This document shows positions 17,551 through 29,500 of a DNA stretch of 64,000 bases, one piece after another; within the stretch, counting starts at the first letter, position 1, and every line of letters starts with the position of its first letter. The translations under genes were made by a program, and so were the position numbers. The stretch comes from Monocercomonoides exilis PA203 (lineage: Eukaryota > Protista > Preaxostyla), in assembly GCA_001643675.2 (NCBI GenBank), contig LSRY02000005.1, positions 1,736,001-1,800,000 of the forward strand, given 5' to 3'. The notes below the pieces were generated by a model that was given only the letters and a program-made list of their open reading frames with translations, ran no database searches and was not told the DNA's origin.

Positions 17551-20500
17551 TCAATTTTTCAATAAATTCATTACCTCATTTAGTGAAGTTCTTTCTTTGG
17601 GCTCATCAACCCACATCTTTTCCATCAGCTCAACCATGTCTTCCCCTTCAATCCCTTCTGTCAGCGGTCGCACCCCATCCCTCATCATCTCCCACGCTTC
17701 TTCTGCATCACACTCGCTCAATGGCACTTCCCCTGTTGTCATTTCATGAAGCATCAGTCCAAGCGTGAAAACAACTCTCTTTTCAATTCCATCTTCTTCA
17801 TTTCCTTCTTCAGGTGCCTTCCATCGTTTCATTTCTTCCTTTTCCTTTTCATCTTCCAATTCCTCTGTCAAAACGAATATTTCATTGTTTCCTTCCTCAA
17901 CAAAGATTGAATATGGACATAGCTGTTTCCCCATCATTTCCACCCTTTCATCATCAACCGAAATCAAATGCTCAAACAGTTCTGCCACTGCTTTTACCAC
18001 TTCCTTCCCATCAATCACATCCATCGCTCTTGTTCCCAGTGTGAAGTCACCTTGCACATTATGAATTACCGAATGCAACGTTTTGATATTCTTTTTCTCC
18101 TTTTCTCGAAATGGCTTCTTTGCTGATATGACTTTGAATGAATGTAGTTGCAATGCCCCAAAAGGAGAATCATCCTCAGGAAATGGCAATGAAGTTTCCA
18201 AATCTGGAAGATCATTTTCATTCGGAATTTCATCGTTCATTGACGGGGGTTCTGGAAGATCTTTTTCATCATTGTCTATCAGAAGTGGAATTTGGCTCGT
18301 CATCCCTTCCAGCAATGTAGATGGTATCTCACTCATCTCAAAGCTTCTTCCATCGTTTTCCCTTCTCCTTTCTGTGTCTTCTGTGATAACCTCATTTTTC
18401 AATTTCTCTTGTTCAACTTTCTTTTCGGCTTCCCTCAATTTCTTTCGCAAAAGCACAATAACTGCAACAAACATGAATGCCAGAATAAAAAGAACGACAA
18501 CGCAACAAATGAATGCAGTAACGCCCCATTCTGATTTTCCTGACCCTTCAGTAATATTCCCTTCTCCATTTGATGTGGATTTGCTCTTGTTCTTCAGAAT
18601 AAAAGAATCAGTTGAAGATGGATTATTGGTACCCCCAAACAGAATGCATACACTCACTTCTGTCTCTTCTCCACAGCTGCTAATCAGCTCTTTCTCCACA
18701 ATCCCTTTCACTTCAGCCTCTGACACATACCCTTCCTCCAGAAATGAATACTTCACAATCTCTTTCTCTTCCTTAATGCGCTTCTCAACCATGAATGACA
18801 GGTTGCATGGGAGAAGAAGAGTGCCTCTGAACACAATGTTCAATGTTCCTTCTTTCTCCTCTGTTTCAACTGATCGAAGTGTGGGGATGAACAACACTGA
18901 TTCTCGCTCTGATCCAATCCCACTCATCGCACATCCATCATTCAGAATCCATAGAGAAGAACCATCTTTTATCCCGTCTCCGCCTTTCAGACTCTTCACA
19001 TCCAGTGTGCCTGAACCAGAGCAAATAATGTTCCTTCTCACAGAAGGATATTTTGTTATTGATGGATTGTTGTTCAATAATTCTCCTTTCTCGATTGTCA
19101 CTTCCCCACCAGAAACAGACAGTGCTCCATCATGTGCATTCCATATCGTTGTGTATCTCACTTTCCCTTCACTCTCAGATATGTCTGCAACAGATCCATT
19201 CCACCTGCATATCTCTTCAGCTGCATCTGCATTCACCTTCAAAGTGCTTTCTGTCTCATTCCCATCAATATTGCACCCATCCAGCACAAATTCCCTGCTC
19301 TTCCACGCCCCAATCACACTTCCCTTTTCTCTTGAGCTCTGGCACATCTCAAACGAACAGTTAGACAGCTCCAACTTTGCTCCCTCGCATCGGCTCGTCA
19401 CTGCTGCTGCTCTCTCTCCAGCACTCGAAATGTTCACAAACACAGCTCGACTCATTTGCACAACATAAGCTTCATCTCCACCTGCTGCTTCCTCCACCAC
19501 CACCGCTGACCCCTTCTCCATCCTCATCTCATCTGCCTTCAACTCGTCAATCACCATGTTCCCTTTTCTCACCACTATCCCTCCTCCTGTGCACTCAACA
19601 TTCCCTATACTCAGCTGTCTCATAGACACAGCTCCTCCACACCTCAGCAAGCACTCTCCACACACATCATCTATATCACACCTACTCATCTCCAGTTTCC
19701 CACTTGCACACTCCATGAGAATAGGAGCTGATGCCTTGTATCCGTCTGTTTCCAATGAGTAAAATCTCACTCGATCAAACATCACATTTCCTTCTTCCAT
19801 CCAGAATAGACTTGTGTGTGGTGTGGTGAAGATTCGCGGCATCTTGAACTCCACAAGCTCCACAGCAGTGCTCCCTCTGATACCAATCATATATTCCCGA
19901 GTGCAGCATATGCCTGACCCAATCTTCAGACTCGCCATCTCCCAGCTCTTCGACCTCACTACCATGCTCAAAATATCTATCTCCATCTCCACCTCACTCT
20001 CCCCATCCACTGCCAGCATCGAGTTGAACTCTGCCACCACATGATCCAGTCCATATCCCAATGTCAGACATGGCTGCTCCACTGTCCCGCACTTCCGCCA
20101 GTTCCTGCCGCCTTTCCCAAGCACACTCGACACCACAATCGTTGCTGCCTGATACACTGTGATCAGATCCATCAGGTTCACTGGCGTCTCGCTCCGCTTA
20201 TCCATCCCATAGATTGCATTCCCTTGGATATACACCTCCTGCCTCAGATCCATCTTGAACTGGCTCTCGTTGATCTGCCGGCTGATGTTCACACACTCAA
20301 CAAAGATGTCCCGCCCCACAAACGCGTCGTTTCCGCTCAACGACACCTTCTCAAATGCAAAGTTCAGATCTCCTCCAAGTTCTGTCCCCAAATACACTCC
20401 GCCTCCACGCCCTTGCGTTGTCGAGCAGCTGCTCTGCACAATCTTCCCTCCCTTCATCCGAAACTCTGCTCCCTCATTCAGCCGGAATTCCACCACTCCG

Positions 20501-23500
20501 CCTTTCTTGCTCTCTCCTGCCTTGCATGACTCGAATGCGCTCTCATTCACCACCACCTTCACACTTCCACCACACACACTCTTCACAACACACGGCCCAT
20601 CATCCTCCCGCTCCGCCATCACAAATGTCGATCCATTCACTGTCACGCTCGTTCCACTCATCCCTCCTGCATTTCCCAATCTACCGATATCGTTCATACT
20701 GCTGCTCACAATACTGATTGCACAACCCTCGTGATACTCCTGCGAGCTCATCCGCACCTCCATCAGATTGCAGCTCACCCCTTCAAACACCATCATCACA
20801 CAGCCCTTCACCTTCATCCGCTCAAATCTCACGTCCTTCACCACCAATTCCCCGGCTTCCACAACAACAACCGATCCACACAACTCCCCGCCAGATCCCA
20901 CTCCTCCTACCACACATCTTTCCATTTGCAACAGCGTTCCTGATCCACTCAAAACCCCTTTCTTCTCCACTCCACCCGAACCCCCAACCACCATCTTCAT
21001 CCTCCGAACACATAGCGTCCCAGCGAATGTGATGAATGGATCCTCGCTCAACACACTCTCCCCTCCTTTTTCACTGAATACAAGCTCATCCTTCACATCC
21101 TCCTCCTCTCCTCCTCCTCCCTCACCACTCACATCCATATTCTTCATTGTCCAATCATCCTCCACTCTCACCTCCCCTCCAACAACAATCTCTTTCATCT
21201 CCTCTGTCCTCTCCACTTGCTCCATCCCCTTCCACAGCGTCTCACACGGATCATCCGCATTTCCACACCGCATCACATCCTGCCCTTCTGAGCTTACATG
21301 TATCTTCCGGCTCTTGTATCCCACAACATATCTCAGGAGATCTGTCTCGTTCCTGCTTTCATCGCTCCCAACAAGTCCGTTCCCATTCTCTTTCATCCCC
21401 TGATAGTTAAACCCAAACGAAGTTGTTGTCACAGTTTTGTTCAGATCTCTTGCTAAAACAAACATATGCTCACCAACTTTTGCACTGTTTAATTTGAACG
21501 AAACCTCTTTCAGCTCAAACGACTGATCAGTCAACGACCCTGAGCAATCCACAAACAAAAACCCTCCTCTCCCAAATGCAACTGAGCACTCGCATTCTTC
21601 TGCTGTTGTGTTCTTCAGCATAAGAGTCTGCTCACCCTTCACAATCATTTTCATCCCTCCACCCTCTTTCTCTTCTGGTGCTTTCACCTTCTTCATTGTG
21701 CAATCTTCAATCATCACACTCGATCTGAACTCAAAGGCACTCCCACTGAATGTTGCCTTTTCTATCGAACATCCAACGAGCTCCACCCTTCCGCCTATTG
21801 CCTTCATCACTCCATATCCCATCACACTTCCACTCCCAAACTGGAATATGCAATCCTTCATGCTCAATGCCCCATCTTCTGTCTCCGAAAGCAGCACCAC
21901 TTCCTGCCCACTCGCAAACATCTCCGGAAGCACAAACTCTACCCCTTCAAACCCTGCTCTCTCTCTATTCTCAAACGCACACTTCCCATCTCCTCCACTG
22001 ATCTCCTCCCCAATCTCCATCACGCATCTTGTGACTGCTCCTGTTCCTACGCCATTGCATACCGTTCTTATCCCTGACACATCAAACCAATCTGCAACCC
22101 TCATCTTCCCTTTCACAAAGATCTTAGCTCCCTCAACTGTTTCACAATCTGCATTTTTCACTCCTCTCCAATATGTCTCACATGGCATTTTCTCATTTCC
22201 ACATCCTATTATGTCACATCCGCCTTCTCTCACATGCACTTCTCCCCACTTATGCTCTACAAGAAATACCACAAGATCCACTGCCTCTTCAACAAATCTC
22301 ACAAGATCCACTCCTTTCATATCCACAATCACCTCCCCTTCTCCGTTCTTCACTTCAAACCGAAATCGAGATCGAGTCGCTGTCTTGTTCAGATCCTCGC
22401 ACTCAACAAATACATCTCTTCCACATGCTCCTGCGTTCTCTGCAAACTCAAGCCCATCAAAATTCATATCTCCCATTCTTGTGCTTGCAACATTCAAATA
22501 TATTCCTCCCCCTCTTCCACTTTCACCATTCACACAACACCTCGTAAACACTCCATCTGTGATGCACAAGCTGCTTCCTTCACTCACTTTGCAGTGCATT
22601 CCTCCTCCATTCCCATGTGTCGATCGGCATCCATTGAATGTGCTGCCTTCTGAAATCTCCACACTTCTCACATTCTCCATCCACACCACTCCCCCATCTG
22701 CCACATCCACTTCCTCCACACATCCCTTGTGCATCCCAAACTCAGCCTCTCCACTCCCTTCAATCAACCCATTCCCCGTTCCTCCCACATTCGATATGTT
22801 CGTGTTGTTCATGATGAGCATTCCACCCTCCATCCTCACAAAGCCTCCATCCACTCCAAAATTCACATCTTTCACCGTCACTTGATTCATCCGAACCTCT
22901 CCTCCGGTTTCCCTCACTATCCTCATTCCCGTCTCCCACCTCGCATCAGCTCCTACTTCCTCTCCTCCAGCATCTGTTCCTGAACCTGCCCCAAACACAC
23001 AGTTCATCACCAGCATCACACCCACACTCGCACTGATCAGCCCATCCACTTCCGCTGATGCCACCTTTGGCAGTCTGAAATCCAGGAGGCTGAGCGTCAG
23101 TGTTGTCTGCGAGTCTCCGATGCTCTGCCTGAAGCACCCATGTTCTCTGACCTCCAAGCTGCATCCAGCACTTTTCCCCCGCACAGCAAGCGATTTCCCT
23201 TTCCGATCAATCACATTATCCATCCAGTTCCCGTTGTTCATCTGGATCGTCGTCTTCTCATCTCCCATGTTCGTGAACCCATCAATGAACCTGTCACAAG
23301 GCGAGATCTCGCTTCCACACGAGTCTGCTGCTGTGCTTCTCCCTGCCTCCACATACACAATCGCCCCTTCCACAGGGAACAGATACTTCTTCACTGACAA
23401 GTTGATCACTGTGTCTGTCACAGAGTCCATCACCCACACATTCACCTCTGGCGTGCTCTCCTCATCCACTGTCCCCATCCACAGATCCTCCCGCAGCATC

Positions 23501-26500
23501 ACCTCTGGCTCTCCGCACACAACAAACACATCCAGTCCCTTTGCTGCAGCATTCCCCTCAAATACATCCTCTCGAAGCGAGTACTTCGCCTCCCTGTCCT
23601 CCAGCTCCACAAACACCCCTCCTCCATATCCTGCTGTTCCCACCACCGCACACCTCTCCACCCTGTTCGAGTCAAACGCAAACTCCCCTTTCCCTGCAAC
23701 ACTCACAAACACACATCCTCCACAAGACGGATTCCCCATGCACATATCCTGAACAAATGTGCTCTCCTTCACTTCCACTTTCTGCCCTTCTCCCACTCTC
23801 CCTGCAAACACGCTTCCATTCCCGCTCTTTCGTGTCTTCCCCTCCACGCTGATGTTCTTCGCAACAACACTCGCCCTTTCTTCAAACACAACAACACTTC
23901 CATCATCCATCGTTGTTCCCTTCACTGTGCTGTTTTCCACCCTCAGTGCCGATCCCTCCCTCACGCCAATCAGCCCACTTTCTGCTTCACTAACAACATT
24001 CTCCATCTCCAATCCTCCAAATACCCCTTCTTCTCTGCACAGCTCAAACAACTCAAATCCCCCTGTGTTCATGTTTGCCATCTTCAACCCATCCACAACT
24101 ACCTTTCCTCCACTTGCTTTTATCAATGAATACTTCATTTTTAACTGCCCATTCACTTGCTCCACCTGGCAGTTCTCCAGCTTCAGCTCCTCCCCCTTGC
24201 ACGAAAACAGACACTCCCATCTGGCTGCCAAAAACTCGTTGGGAACAGCAAACGATATGTTTTTCACAAAAACACTCACTCTGGTTTCCAACAGCCCTTC
24301 TCCCTCCCCTGTTCCATCATCACGCACAAAAACACTTGTCTCTCCACCCTCAACAACACCCTTCAATTTCACTCCCTGCAACTCAAGCACCACATGGTCT
24401 TTCAGCTCAAACGATTCCATCGCCACCACTTCTCCACTTCCAACCACTCCTCCAAAACGCACTTTTAGCGCTTGTTCAATTGTTCGGCATGGAGCATATG
24501 CCATTCCACAACCTGAATGATCATATCCCCAGTCTGAATCTCCCCCAACATATGCTGCTCCTCCAAACTGATCAAGATATGCACCAAGTGGAATTCCAAA
24601 AGCACTACCTGTTGAACAACGCTCATATCCCATCAGATCCCCTATCTCCATCCCACCATTCTCGAAATTCAATGAGTCTCCACTCACAATAACACTCAAA
24701 TTCCTCCCTTCCACAAATACATTCTTCCCCTTCCACGCTTTGCACCCCTCAAACTCCAGCCCTTTAAATTCAAACCCACTCACTCCATCCGAACACAACA
24801 AATACACACCTCCTCCCAATCCCCTTCCTTCTCCTCCTTCTCCTCCTTCTCCCTCAGGCACTTCACATCCTTCAAACATTGTCCCGTCAATCACCACCTC
24901 TGCTCCCTCTCCCTGCTTCACAATCATCCCTCCTCCTCGAAGCCCATTCACACCTCCACACTTTCCTTTGATCGTGCAATTCTCCACATGAACATCTCGC
25001 AATTGACCAGTTCCACTCTCCACTCCGATGCACCCTCCATCTCCTCCTCTGTGCCAAGCACAGCCAAAAACACTGTTGTTCACTTTCATCTTCCCGCCTC
25101 CTCCGATCTCAATTGGCACTCCCATAAACCCTATTTCCCCGTTTCCCTCAACCACAAACTCATCCAATGCCACTCCGCCTCCCTCAACTTTCAATAGCCC
25201 ACCATTCACTCCATCCAACCCCTCTTCACAAGATAGTCTCATCACACACAACACCATCTCCAAATCACCTCCCACACACTCAATCAAACTCCCCACTCCT
25301 TCACTCTTCACCAACACACCAAATGTGCAGTTTGCCATCTGTGTTTCTGTTGTTGTGCAAATCATCCAATTTCCAACTCCCGCATCTCCCCACACCACAT
25401 TCACATTCGTTCCTCTCTCCACACCCTTCAGTTCCCAGTTCTGTCCGCTCATCTCCACCTTCTCGCTCCAGCTGAACCCGTCATTCACAATTATCTTCTT
25501 CTCACTGTTCGCAAACCTTAATCCAACCAGCTTCACAATCGTCGCACATCCATATTCTTCAAACCCACACCCTGAAAAGTCTCGCTCATTCACTCCTCCA
25601 ACATACCCTGCAATGCCTTCCACTTCAACCATGAAAAACATCAGCGGAATCAGAAAACTCTCATCACCACCTTCAAACCCCATCGCCTCTCTCACTCTCC
25701 CTTTATCAGTCGTAATCACTCCCACAAACTCTTCACTTCCCACTGCTTCACTCAGATCTCCAGCTTCCACAAATATATTGTCTCCTCCTCTCGCTGCTTC
25801 ATTCTTCCCCACACCTGTCCCAAACACAACCCCAAACACCTCATAATTCCATCCTTTTGATCCGCTGTTTCTCTTCATTTTCAAAAACATCCCTCCTCCA
25901 CAACCTCCAACTCCTTCACTTAAACTGCTCCTGCACTTTTCAACCAGTGTTTCTTTCTCAATCCTCCCCATTCGAAAATATCCTCCTTCTCCTATCTCCA
26001 CATGCGTTCCCCCTCCACATCCTTTCTCCACACAACATCCAGAAAAGCTGCTGTTCCCAATCACCACACTCTCTCCATCTCCAATCACACACCGCACTCC
26101 ACTCCCATTCCCTGCTGTGCTCTCAATCCCGCTGAATGTACACTTCTCCATCTCCAGATCGCTCCCTCCTCGTCCAACCACAATCCCACTCAACGAGCAT
26201 GCAATCTCCTCAAATTTCGTCTGCTCAACAACAAGCTTCCCACTCGATGCATAATATACCAATCCATTTTCGCATTCCACTGATCCTCCACTAATGTTTG
26301 TCTGGGAAATCAATCCTTCTCCATTATTGCTCACACAGACCATGCAGCTCCCCCCGAAGCTCAACCCACTCGCTTCCACTTGTTGCACGCTCATCTTGCC
26401 TCCGCTGCATTGCATAACCACATATCCGATCCTCTCTCCTTCTCCTCCCTCGAAATTGCACTGTCTCACATCCACACTCCCACTTCGGCACGCAATCACG

Positions 26501-29500
26501 CTTCTTCCCTCACCCACACTTGCTGGAAGCGATATCACCAGATTCACAATCGATGTTGTTGCTCCAGCTGTTGTGATCACTCCCTCTGCTCTCCCACTCT
26601 CTCTGCTCTCTATCACCACTCGAGGTGGAGATGCTTGTCCTTTCACCGCAACAACTCCATTCATAAGTTCAACCTCACCTTTCACCACTGCCCCGCTGTT
26701 CGCCACAACTGTTATCCCTGCCCCAGTTCCATGCTTCCTGATCGCATAATCCACACTCGCACACTGCACATCTCCAAATCCACACATCTCCCAGTCTCTC
26801 TTGTTCAGCCCTCCAACATGGTATTCGCTTTGCTTGCTCCGCAGATAAACCACAAGTGGAATAACATTCACTTCATCCCCATTCTCATATCCACACACCT
26901 CACTCAGATTGCTTTCATCAATCGCAAACTTCAGCTTCTCTCTCTTCGCCACCTCTGCCATCTGGGGTGCTCTCACAAACAGCTTGCTCCCTGCCTTTGT
27001 TGCCACACATCCTGCAAAGGATACTTTTTCGATCACAAAATCAAATCCTCCTTCCTTCACGTCAATCATCATCCCTCCTCCACACCCTCCTCCACTGCTC
27101 TGCACTTCTCTCGCCTCACATCCACCAAACAACATTTCGCTCTCATTCCCCACACGAACACATGCTCCTGATTCCATCCTCACTGCCATTCCTCCTCCGT
27201 CCCCGCTCTCACATCTGCATCCCTGCATCGTCACATTATTCATCAGCAGTTCTTCACCCTCTGCCACGCTCTTCGAAATCACACTCCCATCTCCCATCAA
27301 CCTCTCAATGTTCGTGAAAGTGGTGTATGACATTGTCACCTTCCATTTCCCTTCAACACCAACAATTGGCGCATCTTCCAGCACAAAGTTTCCAATCTCA
27401 ACCTGCTCCATCCCTACCTTCCCCTCTCCTGCTTCAGACACGATTAACGATGCACCAAGTGCATTCAGAGATGAATGTCCGTTTGATGGCTGCATCCGCA
27501 TCCTCTTCAATTCCACGCTTCCACTACCCCTCACAACAAACAGTCTCATCTCGTGTTTTGCGTGCGAGTGCTCGATTGTGAACAAGCTCACAAAAACTCT
27601 TCCGCTAGTCACACTGAACAAACTATCTCCATTCGTCATGCTGCTTGTGCTCACAACCGTCTCCTCCACACCTTCCCCGCACACACTCAGCTCTCGATTT
27701 CTAGTACTTATTTCTCCCGCCTCTGACGTATGTGTTCCTCTCCCCAAAAATATTCTCGACTCAAACTGAGTCATGCACTTCCCAAGCGAATGTGAAATTG
27801 TTCTGCATCCTGATTCATCTGACAGCCCACACAGTTCATCCCCATCGTTCCCGTTTGTTGAAACAAAGCAAGAGGTGAACAATTTTTTCGTTGTTGGAAG
27901 CCAATCTTTTTCATATTTACCTGTGACCTCCCAATAAAATCTTTTTTCATTCAAATTTGTTGAATAACTCTCTTTGAATGGAGTTGATGTTAGATTCACA
28001 TCCGGATATGAAGCAGTTAATAAAACATCATGCCCCAATGGTTTCTCACTATTTGTGCAAGAACAGTCGTGGAAAAACAAAAAGAAAAATGCTTTCCAAT
28101 TCGTTTGATCGCCTGGGCATTTGACAAAATGATGGCGAATTGCACCTCCGTGTTGAGCAGCCGTGCATTTGATAAATTGACAACTTCTCAAAGCATAATG
28201 TTGGGAGTGTGACCAAGACATGATACAACCATACTTTCCTTTATTTGTACATTTAACAAACTGACAATCCATAATCTGGGCCTGTCCCCCATTTCCATCA
28301 TCCTCTCCAATAAAGCTTGTTTGTGAATCAATGGGATAAACGCTCGAGCAAATAGCACTTCCTTGTCCTTTTTCGTTGACTTGACTGTTTTTGAACAGAC
28401 ATTTTCGAGTTAGTGAACATCCATTATTTCCAACCATAACATAGCTCCCCCCAAAGACATTTGCTGTGTTATTTAGGAAAAATGTTTCAATAACCATTGC
28501 TCCTTTTGAATTTGATGCATCTACGGCACCACCCCCCTCTTGTGCGTAACATCCTGTAAAATTGCATCTTGTAATGTTCAGCAACACCAAAGAAGATTTA
28601 ACACTTAAAGCCCCTCCTAATCCAGAATCAGTTCTGCAGCCTTCGAATGTGTCGTCCTCAAATGAAGCCGATCCATCAAGTACTCTTCTTCCTTCGCTTC
28701 CCTTGTAAATATCGTATTTGTTCGGATGTCTGATGTTGCCTTGATAGGTGCAGTTTCGTGAGACAACAGACGAGGAAGGTATGCTCAGCGGAGGAACAAT
28801 AGCCCCATCCAGCACATCCTCCACTCGCATGAATTCCACACATTCGAGCCATGTTTTGCAATTGTATTGCCCTCCATCCACGAACATCCATTGGCCCCCA
28901 ACTGTGATGTTCGTAAATCTCGAGCCGATCACTTCAGCATTCCCAAGTGCCGGCGATACAATAAACGGTGATGATCCTAACAAGCAGAACGATTCAAAGC
29001 TGCACGCTCTTATCTTTGCCTCTCCAAGCTCGTTCTCACTTCTGCTCCATGATTCAAAATGAAACATTGGAGGCATCGTTTTCTCTTCCCCTTCTATTTT
29101 CAGGCTTGTGTTTTCCAGAAGGATTCTTCCTCTCACGCACATAATTGGCGATTCATCTGCACATTCCACTATCATCTCCACATGCGCGAAATGCAAAAAC
29201 GAGTTTCTTCCCACATCAATTCCCTTTCCTTTCTCTGATCCTACAACTTCCATTTTGTGCATTGCAACTGAAGAATTCCATGCTCCAATCAGACATCTTA
29301 TTGTGCTTTTCACATCTTGTCGTTTGCCATCAAATATCAAAAATTTTTTATATACACACTTTGTTTTTATTTGTGAATCATTTATGATTTTTCTGTGCAA
29401 ATAATCAATGTAATGCATATGGCAGAATGTTCGTCCTTCTAGAACGTTTAATTCATTATTTGTAATATCTGACATTGTGATAATTAATTTTATAAAACAT

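Noticed and set aside
18083-27769. Multiple + strand P/S/T-rich ORFs
   Set aside because: Antisense shadows of the 3993-aa gene.
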